Below are positions 46,940-56,552 of a stretch of DNA of 64,000 nucleotides, in pieces. The position numbers and the translations under genes are program-made. Numbering within the stretch: the stretch's first letter is position 1; each line of letters opens with the position of its first letter. Source of the stretch: a virus (taxonomy: Duplodnaviria; Caudoviricetes); the IMG/VR virus record IMGVR_UViG_3300035208_002115; one strand, written 5' to 3'. Under the pieces are notes generated by a model that did no database searches, was not told the origin of the DNA, and was given only the letters and a program-made list of their open reading frames with translations.

Positions 46940-49447
46940 TTGTGTGTTATGAAAAGCCAAGAGAATTATTTAACAGATAAAAAAACAAAAAATTCTGTTA
47001 ATAAAAGAAACCGTGTAATTGGCAAAAAGGTTTCATTAAAAAAATCATCAAAAAGGGTTATTAGAAAATCCAATATAATTGGTGAGTCAATATCCAATGA
47101 AGAAACTACTAAAGTCACTTTGCGTAAAAATAAAAAAGGTAACGTGAAGAAAATTTTAGATGGAAAAAAAATAACTGGAAAATTACATAAAAGTGATATT
47201 TCAGTCATTAATGTAGAAAAATCTGAAAGTAAACGTGGTAGGGGTAGACCAACAGGTAGTTTAAATAAAAAAACATTACTCAAATTATCTTCTACACCCC
47301 AAATTTCAAAAATAAAACGGGAACGGGGTAGACCCAAAGGAAGTCTTAATAAGAAAACTTTAGAAAATCTGGAAAAGAATATTCCAGAAATTAAGGTGAT
47401 GCGAGATAGGGGAAGACCTAAAGGTAGTCTTAACAAAAAAACTATCGAAAAATTGAAATCAGAACCTGTCGTGATGAAGGTGAAACGAGACAAAGGAAGA
47501 CCTAAAGGGTCATTGAATAAAAAAACAATTCTTAAAATGCAAAACCCTGAAACAATAAATAAGGAAAAACGTGAAAGGGGTAGACCAAAGGGAAGTTTAA
47601 ATAAAAAAACTTTATTGTCTAAAAAATCAGAAACAATTAAAATGGGTTACATGCGCCCACCAGAAAGTATTATTAAAAAGCATGTTTTATTACCTGTTAT
47701 TGAAGAAAAAACTCGTACTTTACTTTCTGAATCAATTCACATCCCAAAGAAATCATTATCTGTTGATTTAATAGATAAACTTAATGAATTGGAAGATTAT
47801 TCTAAGGCTCATTTCATTCAATCTGTTTCTTTTTCGCAAAAACAAGTCATGTCATTATTTAATGATTCAATCACCTTTGATTATTATCAGAGAGAATATG
47901 TCTGGGGAAAAGATGAGATTGATGTTTATATTGATTCATTGATAAAGAATTATAGATATAAACGAATTACAAATATTGGTTCTATCGTAATTGATAAGAA
48001 AAATGATAAGCTGTCTATTATTGATGGGCAACAAAGATTGACGACTCAGCTCTTAATTTATGTTATTCAATTTAATTATTTGAATAAGATAAAGAACACT
48101 ATTAATAGTGAAGAATTCAAAACTTTTTCTATTATATATGGTATCTTGAATAAAATATTAACGAACCTTAATTTCGTTAAAAATCAAGACCAAAAGGTTT
48201 ACACCGATGTGTTTAAATACATCAATGAAAACTACGAACAAATAGTTCTTCTAAATGATTACGGTAAATTCAGTGACTACTATTATAAAGATTTTTCAGT
48301 TTATAATATTTTAAATAAACTGAATTTTATTTGTAATGAATATGGGAACAAAATATTGGACTTGAAATTCATTTTTTATAGTTTAATGAATATATCATGT
48401 GAAGCTGGTGTATTAGACGAAAGCATCAATGCTAATGATGTTTTTATTACATTGAATACCTCAACTAAAAAATTGAACAATTATGAGTTGACCAAATCAA
48501 TATTACTTAATCATTTTAATGATGAACCAGAGTTACAAAAAGAAATAAGCCATAAATTTTATCAGGCTTCTTCGTATTTGAACATTCTCGGAAAGACCTC
48601 ATCCATTCAGGATTCATCAGAATTGACATTTCAATATTTTTTACGGATGCGCTATAAAATAAAAGGTAGTAACTACCGTGAACATTTGGAAAACTTAATT
48701 GATGATGGCGGTAAAAAATTTATCATAAAACTTATTGATGAGTATTTTATTGTTTCTACCTACATCAAATCTATTTTTGAAGATTCTAAGAATAGGTCTA
48801 TTAAAATAACCTTAGAAATTATCAAACGTGTTTTTGGTGGTAGTTCGAATATCCACATGAATCTTCCTATTGCTGTTTCACTTTATTTCTATGACCATGA
48901 TATAGAAATGAAGGACATTACAAATATTCAAAGAAAAGAATTGAAAGAATTATATCTTTATTTCCTTGAATACACAGTAATTATGGGTTTATGTGCCGTT
49001 GGTATCAGAGACCACCACAAGGATAAAAACAATGAAGTTGTAGCATATTCTCAAAATATTCTCAAAAAAGGAATTATGGGGGGTGTAAACTACTTCAAGA
49101 AAAAAATACAAGAGAACACACAGGATGTCATTGATGATTATGTAGATAACAAAAAATCATCCATATATTTGAAGTCAAAAAACGTCAAATTTAAACTCGG
49201 TGAAAAAACACTTGACCCGAAATTATATGACATTTTAACTTCATTTCAAAATATCGACAATAAAATCACATTGGATGTAATGGTATCTAACATATTGAAA
49301 ATGATGGTTGATAAGTCATCTGAAAAAGAAATTTCTAAACATAATGTAAAACAAAGTTTGGAACTTTCGAAGATTAATGAAAATTTTTCTACATTTGTTA
49401 GGGAGTTTAATAATATAAAAGACTTCAATGGAAAAATCATCATTTAA
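46940..49447 (+). CDS. multi-AT-hook protein fused to a DUF262 (GmrSD/ParB-like) domain
   Basis: Five R(E/D/G)(R/K)GRP(K/T)GSLNKKT repeats; YQREYVW, IIDGQQRLTT, VFITLNT...L..YELTKS. Confidence 0.82.
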   Translation: MCVMKSQENYLTDKKTKNSVNKRNRVIGKKVSLKKSSKRVIRKSNIIGESISNEETTKVTLRKNKKGNVKKILDGKKITGKLHKSDISVINVEKSESKRGRGRPTGSLNKKTLLKLSSTPQISKIKRERGRPKGSLNKKTLENLEKNIPEIKVMRDRGRPKGSLNKKTIEKLKSEPVVMKVKRDKGRPKGSLNKKTILKMQNPETINKEKRERGRPKGSLNKKTLLSKKSETIKMGYMRPPESIIKKHVLLPVIEEKTRTLLSESIHIPKKSLSVDLIDKLNELEDYSKAHFIQSVSFSQKQVMSLFNDSITFDYYQREYVWGKDEIDVYIDSLIKNYRYKRITNIGSIVIDKKNDKLSIIDGQQRLTTQLLIYVIQFNYLNKIKNTINSEEFKTFSIIYGILNKILTNLNFVKNQDQKVYTDVFKYINENYEQIVLLNDYGKFSDYYYKDFSVYNILNKLNFICNEYGNKILDLKFIFYSLMNISCEAGVLDESINANDVFITLNTSTKKLNNYELTKSILLNHFNDEPELQKEISHKFYQASSYLNILGKTSSIQDSSELTFQYFLRMRYKIKGSNYREHLENLIDDGGKKFIIKLIDEYFIVSTYIKSIFEDSKNRSIKITLEIIKRVFGGSSNIHMNLPIAVSLYFYDHDIEMKDITNIQRKELKELYLYFLEYTVIMGLCAVGIRDHHKDKNNEVVAYSQNILKKGIMGGVNYFKKKIQENTQDVIDDYVDNKKSSIYLKSKNVKFKLGEKTLDPKLYDILTSFQNIDNKITLDVMVSNILKMMVDKSSEKEISKHNVKQSLELSKINENFSTFVREFNNIKDFNGKIII

Positions 49448-49465
49448 TCTTAATCATGTGTCTTT

Positions 49466-49945
49466 ATGGAAAATACTGGCAACACTATCATCAAGTTGTT
49501 AAATTATCTAAACGAGCGTGACGAAAACTCACGCTCGTTTCTCAACAACCGACCTAAACAAAATCAAAACACTGAAACCCTGTTAGATGTATTAAAAAAA
49601 GAAAAATTTCTTATTGACTTTACCCCTAAAAACAGGATTATCAATTCTTGGTTAAAAACCCAAGGAATCGTTAAACCCGACTTACTTGTTCTAAAAAACA
49701 GTGTATTATTTCCAACTTACACTAAGTTTTCTAAATTATGTTACTTCACTAATCTAAATCTGGATTATCAAATTATCGATTTCTATTTAATAGTACCGCT
49801 TTTCCTTCTTAAAAAAGAAGTGGAAATAGCGGATGATATTATAGGTAATTTACATATTGCTCGTTTAGAAAATTTAATTGGTATACTTGATTGTTGGGTG
49901 AATAGGAAGGATATAATTCTGCAAAAGTTTTATAATCAAAATTAA
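49466..49945 (+). CDS. hypothetical protein
   Basis: 159-aa ORF downstream of the DUF262 gene. Confidence 0.55.
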   Translation: MENTGNTIIKLLNYLNERDENSRSFLNNRPKQNQNTETLLDVLKKEKFLIDFTPKNRIINSWLKTQGIVKPDLLVLKNSVLFPTYTKFSKLCYFTNLNLDYQIIDFYLIVPLFLLKKEVEIADDIIGNLHIARLENLIGILDCWVNRKDIILQKFYNQN

Positions 49946-50784
49946 CCTTTTAAAAAAGCATTGTATTCTGGTGTATTATAATCACCAGTTTTATAATTAT
50001 TCTCACAAAAATTTTCTGGATGGGTAGCAGGTATTGTTACCCATTCTAATTTTTTAATAGAATCTTTAAAGATACCATAACTGGTGTGACCAAAATTTCC
50101 CATATCATCTATTTGAGCAAAATCGTTTATTATAATACCATCATACCCCTTATCTTGTACTGATTTAAACCAATCTAATTTATGATAATCTAAATCGGTT
50201 AAATCGCCTTCTCTTTCACCTCCTAATGTTGTATCATAAAATTTAATAGGTTCTTTAGCTGTTAATATAAACAGTCTACCATAATTTTTTTCTGATGGTA
50301 ATAAAATTTTATTTTTATTTTTACTACTGGCATAAATTATCCAAAAATCATAATTTTTTTCTTGGAATTCCTTTTCTTTTAATAATTGATAAATTTCTTC
50401 TTCTGTTGGTAATGAAGCTTTCCCATGCCAACCTTTTGGTGCATAAAAAGATTTAGGTCGATTTATTTCATCCCATTCAACTTTATTCATGTTATATTCA
50501 AATCCGAGATGTTTTTGTAAATCTTGAATAATTTCATTTTTAGATGGATTGGCAACCGTTCTTGATGATACATAAATAGTCAGGCCAGCTTTTGGTATAT
50601 AAGATTGTGCAATAGCTGGTTCTTTTGTTGTCCACAAAATTTTATCATAACCACCAACTGTTAAATCAGCTTCAATAAAATTTTCGAGCGAACCATGAAA
50701 TAATCTTCCACCTTTTGGGATTGTCGCAACATGCGAAATTTCCTCATTTATATAACATTTAAAAGATTTCATGTTATCTTCCAA
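49942..50784 (-). CDS. ADP-ribosyltransferase-like protein with CTS-like N-terminus
   Basis: MKSFKCYINEE; LFHGS, ILWTT.E..IAQSY, GYDGIIINDF..H.SYGIF. Confidence 0.55.
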   Translation of the reverse strand: MEDNMKSFKCYINEEISHVATIPKGGRLFHGSLENFIEADLTVGGYDKILWTTKEPAIAQSYIPKAGLTIYVSSRTVANPSKNEIIQDLQKHLGFEYNMNKVEWDEINRPKSFYAPKGWHGKASLPTEEEIYQLLKEKEFQEKNYDFWIIYASSKNKNKILLPSEKNYGRLFILTAKEPIKFYDTTLGGEREGDLTDLDYHKLDWFKSVQDKGYDGIIINDFAQIDDMGNFGHTSYGIFKDSIKKLEWVTIPATHPENFCENNYKTGDYNTPEYNAFLKG

Positions 50785-51284
50785 TTATTATTTTTAAGAT
50801 AACTTTTATAAATAAAAATAATTTTATCAATAAGTGTGTTTTCGGTATAAGTTTCATGTATCAAATCAAACACCACCACATCATTTAATTCTATTTTAAT
50901 ATTGGAATTTTTTTTGATATCTAATGTGTATGTACCTTTAATTATATCTGATGTGTTCATTTGTATTATTAATTCGGTATATTTTAATAAATAAGTATCT
51001 TCTTTATTAAAAAAACCCTTTATCGAAACTGGTCGGATGTTTTTTGTTTTATATTTTTTAGCCAATAAAGTTAACTCATCTTTTAATTTATTAATTAATT
51101 CATCATCCGCACCATCAACAGTGACAACTATATATTTAGGTAATTTAACACTTTTATCAATAGTCATAGTAATATCGGGTTCTATTTGAACTTGCGTTGT
51201 ACCCGATTGAACTTGCGTTGTACCCGATTGAACTTGGACTAATTCACTTTCAAATATTCTAAAAGATTTTATTGTGTTAAACAT
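50769..51284 (-). CDS. hypothetical late protein with CTS-like N-terminus and QVQSGTT repeat
   Basis: MFNTIKSFRIFESE; 21-bp tandem repeat at ~51186-51236. Confidence 0.65.
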   Translation of the reverse strand: MFNTIKSFRIFESELVQVQSGTTQVQSGTTQVQIEPDITMTIDKSVKLPKYIVVTVDGADDELINKLKDELTLLAKKYKTKNIRPVSIKGFFNKEDTYLLKYTELIIQMNTSDIIKGTYTLDIKKNSNIKIELNDVVVFDLIHETYTENTLIDKIIFIYKSYLKNNNWKIT

Positions 51285-51407
51285 TATAATATAACATATT
51301 TTTTTGAGTCTCGTATAAGCTTATATATTAAAATAAATGTTGTACAATTTTTTTTATAATATTTATAGTATTATTTTTGACCTATAAACCAATAAAAAAT
51401 ATTTAAT

Positions 51408-52859
51408 ATGAATAAAAATTTAATCCTTATCGTCTTCACAATGATTATAGTAGCTCTCGTTTCTATATCATGTGAAAAGGATTTTGATGATATATCAAAT
51501 CCGAAAGTTCCTGAAGATTCTACTATTGTTGTTATCAATCCTATTGATACAATAACTATTGATACTACTCCTGTTATTACAATCGTACCTAAAGTATTTG
51601 TACCTGCCCGAAAACTTTCTATTGGTAATTCATTTGCTTTAGTTGGTTATAGTAAATCAATGTTTAAAAGCGCAAATGACATTATAGACGAAACTGGTAG
51701 TGCCGATGGTTTATTCCAATTAATTTATGATAATGCTGGAAACCCAATTGCTGATACCGTTTATACTTTAGGTGAAAATGACAGTATATCTGTTGGTAAT
51801 GAAATTTATGTTTCCGATATTTTGGATTTAAATAATGGACACGTTTTATTAAAAGGTTCATTTAAATTCGTTCTTGATACCCTTGGTAATACTAAATCAA
51901 AACATGACCTTATCGTAAGAAAAAGTGATGGTTATATTGTTAACTATGATGATAATGACCAAGAATATATTATCGATAAACAGTTTAAGAATGAAAAAGT
52001 AAGAAATCTATCTAATGGCGATGTTCTTTATTCATCTTTCGATAACACCAGTTTTACAATTGATAAACTCGAAATCGGTTCAGAAAATATTAATACCGAA
52101 TCTGTTGTTAATGATTATACATGGTATTTTTCCACCGACAATAATAACAATGTAGTGTATTATGAAGAATACACATATAATCTTAAAATAAAACACGCCA
52201 ATGGTTTAATTGAATTAGTTGGTAACAGACAAGATGCCGTTAATGATACTTTAAGATATTGGGATTTCTATACTAACGATTTAAATGAGATATATCTTAT
52301 AGCTTTCACTGGAAACATTAATATGCATTATTATATTTACAAAATAAATATAGCCAGTAACTCATATAGTCTTGAATTGGTTAACAATTTCAATGCTGAA
52401 CAGAATCTGGCTAATGTTTCTTTCCAGAACAATGGTGGTTCAAATTTAGTTTATAATCTAAGTAAAGGTGATGCCACTACTTTTGTAACCTATGACGAAT
52501 CAAATATTGTATGGGTCAATGCTCACAATAACGCATGGGAAAAAAGAGTTCTATTCAATCTTACAACTATATCTGAAAAGATTATAACTGTAAACTCTGA
52601 TGATTTTGTTTATATGACTATAAATAATAGCGTATTAAAAATTTCTATATCAACAGGTAATAAAACAAATGATTATTTTCATAACTCAGATTATACCATT
52701 ACTTCAATTTCGACAACTTCTGACGATTATTTAACGATAGCTTCTGTAAGGAATTCAGACAATGCAAATGTTGTTTGGTCTGTTTCTCCAAGTGGTTCGG
52801 CTGAAATAGTTAGCGAAGTTCTTGTCAATGTTGTAAGTGCTGTTGAAAACATTGAATAA
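51408..52859 (+). CDS. Bacteroidota-type surface lipoprotein (beta-rich)
   Basis: Signal peptide with lipobox VSISC followed by acidic EKDFDD export-signal-like residues; own promoter and terminator. Confidence 0.75.
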   Translation: MNKNLILIVFTMIIVALVSISCEKDFDDISNPKVPEDSTIVVINPIDTITIDTTPVITIVPKVFVPARKLSIGNSFALVGYSKSMFKSANDIIDETGSADGLFQLIYDNAGNPIADTVYTLGENDSISVGNEIYVSDILDLNNGHVLLKGSFKFVLDTLGNTKSKHDLIVRKSDGYIVNYDDNDQEYIIDKQFKNEKVRNLSNGDVLYSSFDNTSFTIDKLEIGSENINTESVVNDYTWYFSTDNNNNVVYYEEYTYNLKIKHANGLIELVGNRQDAVNDTLRYWDFYTNDLNEIYLIAFTGNINMHYYIYKINIASNSYSLELVNNFNAEQNLANVSFQNNGGSNLVYNLSKGDATTFVTYDESNIVWVNAHNNAWEKRVLFNLTTISEKIITVNSDDFVYMTINNSVLKISISTGNKTNDYFHNSDYTITSISTTSDDYLTIASVRNSDNANVVWSVSPSGSAEIVSEVLVNVVSAVENIE

Positions 52860-52897
52860 ACCAAAAGAAATCCGTTTTTAGTATCCGTTTTTAAATG

Positions 52898-52928
52898 AAA
52901 AAACCAGTCGCTATTGACTGGTTTTTTT
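52898..52928. terminator. bidirectional terminator
   Basis: AAAAAACCAGTC-GCTATT-GACTGGTTTTTTT. Confidence 0.85.
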
Positions 52929-53404
52929 TATCGGTTTAATATATCAATCCCTACTTCCACATCTTCACTCGTTAAACCATAATTATCATCCACCGCTATG
53001 AAATTCTTTAGTTCTATATCTTCATCATCATATATTAAATGTCTATCAGGTTCACCATTTTTTGCCACCCATTGCATTATTTCTTCACTTCTATCGGCTT
53101 TTAATGTAACGGGTGTAATTCCAATAATATTACCTTTAATTCCCCGTGAATTAAATAATTCTTGTAAATAAGCCAATCCTTCGATTCTATTAGATGAGGT
53201 CACTACTATATCAGCTTGTGTATTATCTATCAATTTATTGATGTTATTAACGCAAATAGGGTCAAAATAAATTCCCATACTATCACTCATAAAACTAACT
53301 TTAGATTTATCAGTGAATATTTTACTTAGAATAAAATCGTAAGTCTTTTTAAAATTCTTACTAATTAATACACCATCAATATCCAAAAATACTATTTTCT
53401 TCAC
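52928..53404 (-). CDS. HAD domain protein (Swiss-Army-knife RNA repair type)
   Basis: IVFLDIDGVL, IVVTSSNR, IGITP, RSEEI..W, IYDDE, GLT. Confidence 0.85.
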   Translation of the reverse strand: MKKIVFLDIDGVLISKNFKKTYDFILSKIFTDKSKVSFMSDSMGIYFDPICVNNINKLIDNTQADIVVTSSNRIEGLAYLQELFNSRGIKGNIIGITPVTLKADRSEEIMQWVAKNGEPDRHLIYDDEDIELKNFIAVDDNYGLTSEDVEVGIDILNR

Positions 53405-53430
53405 GTAATTAAAATTATTTTTTGTTACGT

Positions 53431-53853
53431 CTATTTATGACGTTTATTTTTAATAATGTTTATATAATTTTCAAATGGTTTAAATAAATTATCAGGTAAT
53501 TCATTAATATCACAAAAATCCCATTCACCAATTTTATCTGGTTCTTTTGTTTCTGGAATGCCACTCCATTTTTTAGCAATAAAATATAATGTTATATAAT
53601 GTTTATTTGTTTCTGTAAAAAAATTATTTACAAAGATATCTGGTTTAAGAGATTCTATAATAATACCTGTTTCTTCTTTAGTTTCTCTAATGACACAATC
53701 TTCTGGCGTTTCAAATTTTTCGAGGTGTCCGCCCGGTATTGACCATGTTCCCTGACCATGCTCTGATACTCTACGACCAATTAATATCTTACCTGTTTTA
53801 TCTTTAATAATAACAGCTACACCGACTCGTGGATATATAAAATCATCAAACAT
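53431..53853 (-). CDS. NUDIX hydrolase (MutT/NUDT15-like)
   Basis: PRVGVAV, WSIPGGHLEKFETPEDCVIRETKEETG, HYIT, EPDK. Confidence 0.93.
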   Translation of the reverse strand: MFDDFIYPRVGVAVIIKDKTGKILIGRRVSEHGQGTWSIPGGHLEKFETPEDCVIRETKEETGIIIESLKPDIFVNNFFTETNKHYITLYFIAKKWSGIPETKEPDKIGEWDFCDINELPDNLFKPFENYINIIKNKRHK

Positions 53854-53858
53854 TTTAA

Positions 53859-54266
53859 CTATTCTATTTCAATTGTTTCTAATTCAGAAAAATATTCTTT
53901 GTAATGTTCAACGAGTTCTTCAAGAGAATAAAATATTGGTTTTTCCCACTCAGTAGCCCAGACAACTTCCCTATCTGCACCATCAGATTTACCACCCAAT
54001 CTTAAAAGACAATCAGATTTGAAAACATGTATCTTATCAATTTGCATCCAAATTTCATATGTCAGGGGATAAACTATTTGTTGTAAATGTGGATGTAATG
54101 GGGAAATTGGGAAAAATCCTAATTTTAATAAATCGTTGAAAACATCCATTTGGAATTTAACATTGTACGTCACATCTCCAGTTGTGTATGGAGAAGCAAT
54201 ATACACTTGAATATTCTTAGATAAGTCTTTTATAAATCTCATTATACTTGTTTGTTTTGATATCAT
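53859..54266 (-). CDS. DUF1937/DUF4406 nucleoside-deoxyribosyltransferase-like protein
   Basis: VYIASPYT, PISP, SDCLLRLGGKSDGADREV. Confidence 0.75.
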   Translation of the reverse strand: MISKQTSIMRFIKDLSKNIQVYIASPYTTGDVTYNVKFQMDVFNDLLKLGFFPISPLHPHLQQIVYPLTYEIWMQIDKIHVFKSDCLLRLGGKSDGADREVVWATEWEKPIFYSLEELVEHYKEYFSELETIEIE

Positions 54267-54295
54267 ATATAACCCAAAACAAAAAAAGTTGTGAT

Positions 54296-54484
54296 TTACT
54301 CACAACTTTTTCCAAATATTTCTTCTATTTTCTTTTTTCGCTCAAATGAAATGTTTTTCTTCTCAAATTTCTTTTCGAGTTTTTCTAAATATTTATAAGC
54401 TTCGACTTGGGTTCTAAAATAATTATCACCAAAAACCCACAAACCACAATCCGAATTATATTCAACATAACTATAATCAAACAT
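54296..54484 (-). CDS. small protein with C-terminal RxxK motif
   Basis: ERKKKIEEIFGK. Confidence 0.65.
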   Translation of the reverse strand: MFDYSYVEYNSDCGLWVFGDNYFRTQVEAYKYLEKLEKKFEKKNISFERKKKIEEIFGKSCE

Positions 54485-54812
54485 ATTTTTTCCAAGTATA
54501 TATTTTTCTACTATTTAAATAATCCAAATCCTTTTCATTTAATTTGGCTTCTTTTTCAAATGGAATAGCTCGATAGGCCACCGTATTGTTAACGAAATAT
54601 TTTCTCAATTTAAAAAAATAATAAACATATAAAATATAAAACCCAATGAGTAATAATTCTTTTTGTTGAACTAAATGTATTTTTTCATGGTTTAATAATA
54701 TTTTATTATCTAAGTCCTCTTTATGTCGTATTAATATAAAAGGATAGAATGTTATAGCTCTGGCAAACCCAGATGTTATAAATTTAACAAAACGTTCAGC
54801 GTAAATTATCAT
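54477..54812 (-). CDS. HExxH-containing putative metallopeptidase
   Basis: AITFYPFI, LNHEKIHLVQQKE, AYRAIPFEKEA. Confidence 0.75.
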   Translation of the reverse strand: MIIYAERFVKFITSGFARAITFYPFILIRHKEDLDNKILLNHEKIHLVQQKELLLIGFYILYVYYFFKLRKYFVNNTVAYRAIPFEKEAKLNEKDLDYLNSRKIYTWKKYV

Positions 54813-54832
54813 AATAGTTTTTATACTATATA

Positions 54833-55327
54833 TTATTCAAATAAATTTTCTATTTTAATAATATTCTGTGGACTTCTTCTCTCATCAAATATTTCAGATA
54901 TCTTATCCATTCTAACTTTTTTGATGTCTTTATCATTGAAATATTCAAACCCAGAACATGTGTAAATAACTTTAGTATATCTTATATCACTGCTTTTACT
55001 ATAATCCAAATCGAAAAATCCAGAATATCCAGTGAAACAAAATTCATGAACTATAAAATAGTACATTATACTCCCGTCTTTTTGATGAAAATTAATTTTA
55101 ACACCAATAGGTTTATCAATATATTTATTAAGTATTTCAAATGGATAATAAATATTATTTTTAGTGTCATAATTTTCATTAAACATATAATTATGAGACA
55201 TTTTAGTTAGTGAGCTTGACAATTTATCACCGTCATCTATACTAAATATAACATCAAAAATATTAGCATATATAGGGTCACCATATCCAAAGCTTGCACC
55301 AACACTACTAAAATGAGGTAATGGCAT
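54833..55327 (-). CDS. diverged tail-tube paralog with RxxK motif
   Basis: MPLPHFSS...DPIYANIFDVIF vs tube MPLPHFTN...EPIHKSLYEVDI; INFHQKDG vs IYLHDKEG; VRMDKISEIF. Confidence 0.65.
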   Translation of the reverse strand: MPLPHFSSVGASFGYGDPIYANIFDVIFSIDDGDKLSSSLTKMSHNYMFNENYDTKNNIYYPFEILNKYIDKPIGVKINFHQKDGSIMYYFIVHEFCFTGYSGFFDLDYSKSSDIRYTKVIYTCSGFEYFNDKDIKKVRMDKISEIFDERRSPQNIIKIENLFE

Positions 55328-55330
55328 ATT

Positions 55331-55942
55331 TTAATCCACTTTTTTTAATTCAAATTTTTCATCGAAAATTTGAATAACTTCTTTTCCAACAAAATGATTA
55401 ACATCCTTAGAATCCGTTATGTCATCAATTTTATCCATTCTGGCTCTGTTAATATCACAATTTTCAAATACAAAACCTGAGAATGTATAAAATACTTTTA
55501 TATCTTCTCTATTATCATCATTTATATAATTAAATAGATTACTTTTTATATTTTTTAATTCTTCTTCATCTTCGATTTTTATATCTCTATCATCACATTC
55601 ATCAAGTATAGTATCATTGAAGAACCCAAATAAATTAAGATAAGATGTAAATTTGAAATTTTTTAGATGAATTTTAAACATTGGTTCTTCTTCACCATCG
55701 TTAAAATATTCAAAATATACATCAATATCTTTATTAAGAACATTATTAATAAGTTCAAATGGTATAATTATTTTTTTCTCATTACAATAACCAAATTTGA
55801 ACTTAAACCATTTTGAAGTATGTCCAATACAAGCCAATGATAATAAATCACCATCATCTATATCAAATCTAACATTATATTTATCTATTTCTCCGATGTC
55901 ATATTTTTCATCATTGACATTATAATCTGGTAAAAACTCCAT
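55331..55942 (-). CDS. paralog of the adjacent tube-like protein with RxxK motif
   Basis: Shared IDDGD.LS, PFE..N, F.FT.Y, KV.YT.SGF and RMDKI motifs. Confidence 0.65.
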   Translation of the reverse strand: MEFLPDYNVNDEKYDIGEIDKYNVRFDIDDGDLLSLACIGHTSKWFKFKFGYCNEKKIIIPFELINNVLNKDIDVYFEYFNDGEEEPMFKIHLKNFKFTSYLNLFGFFNDTILDECDDRDIKIEDEEELKNIKSNLFNYINDDNREDIKVFYTFSGFVFENCDINRARMDKIDDITDSKDVNHFVGKEVIQIFDEKFELKKVD

Positions 55943-55946
55943 AATT

Positions 55947-56477
55947 TTATAATTTTAAATGTTTATTCACTCTATAATATAAAACATAAACCAGTGGGTC
56001 TTCTGCCTTATCAACATTCTTTGACCAAACACATTCAGCCTTTCTTTCCAATTCAGAACCATCCCCCTTTGCTATTTCACGTTTTAAATCAGACACATCA
56101 ACTGTAAAATAATAATAAACTGTATCTGAACTTTTAGAACCAAATGATGTACCCAGAGCAACTAAATCTTTTTGAGATACTGTGTAACCAGCTTCCTCTA
56201 AAATTTCATGTTGAGCCGTTTCTAATACATCATCCTTTTCAACTCCACCAGTTATACTGGAAATAATTTGTTTGTCTGTATGCCAAGGTGGTGTGACTTC
56301 TTTTCTCAATAGGTATTCCACACCATCTTTGGTTTTTTTATAAGGCATGATTGAAACAATCTTGCCACCACATCTCTTTTCATGGGAATATACATATCCA
56401 TTTATATCTTTTTCTGGATATTTCAAAAGGTTTAATGTTAACCATTCGTTGTCCTTTAATACTTCTATACTTTTCAC
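55947..56477 (-). CDS. NUDIX hydrolase
   Basis: ITGGVEKDDVLETAQHEILEEAGY. Confidence 0.85.
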   Translation of the reverse strand: MKSIEVLKDNEWLTLNLLKYPEKDINGYVYSHEKRCGGKIVSIMPYKKTKDGVEYLLRKEVTPPWHTDKQIISSITGGVEKDDVLETAQHEILEEAGYTVSQKDLVALGTSFGSKSSDTVYYYFTVDVSDLKREIAKGDGSELERKAECVWSKNVDKAEDPLVYVLYYRVNKHLKL

Positions 56478-56552
56478 GCATAATATATTGTTTTTTATAC
56501 TATAAATCTAATCAATTATAGTTTTTTGTATATATAATGATGTATAGGTTCT

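Noticed and set aside
46450-46940. Replication origin in the long AT-rich gap
   Set aside because: No iterons or other diagnostic repeats visible; divergent promoters explain at least part of it.
49511-49540. Strong hairpin AACGAGCGTGA/TCACGCTCGTT as a terminator
   Set aside because: Lies inside ORF 49466-49945 and lacks a clear U tract; its role cannot be supported, though it casts some doubt on that ORF's start.
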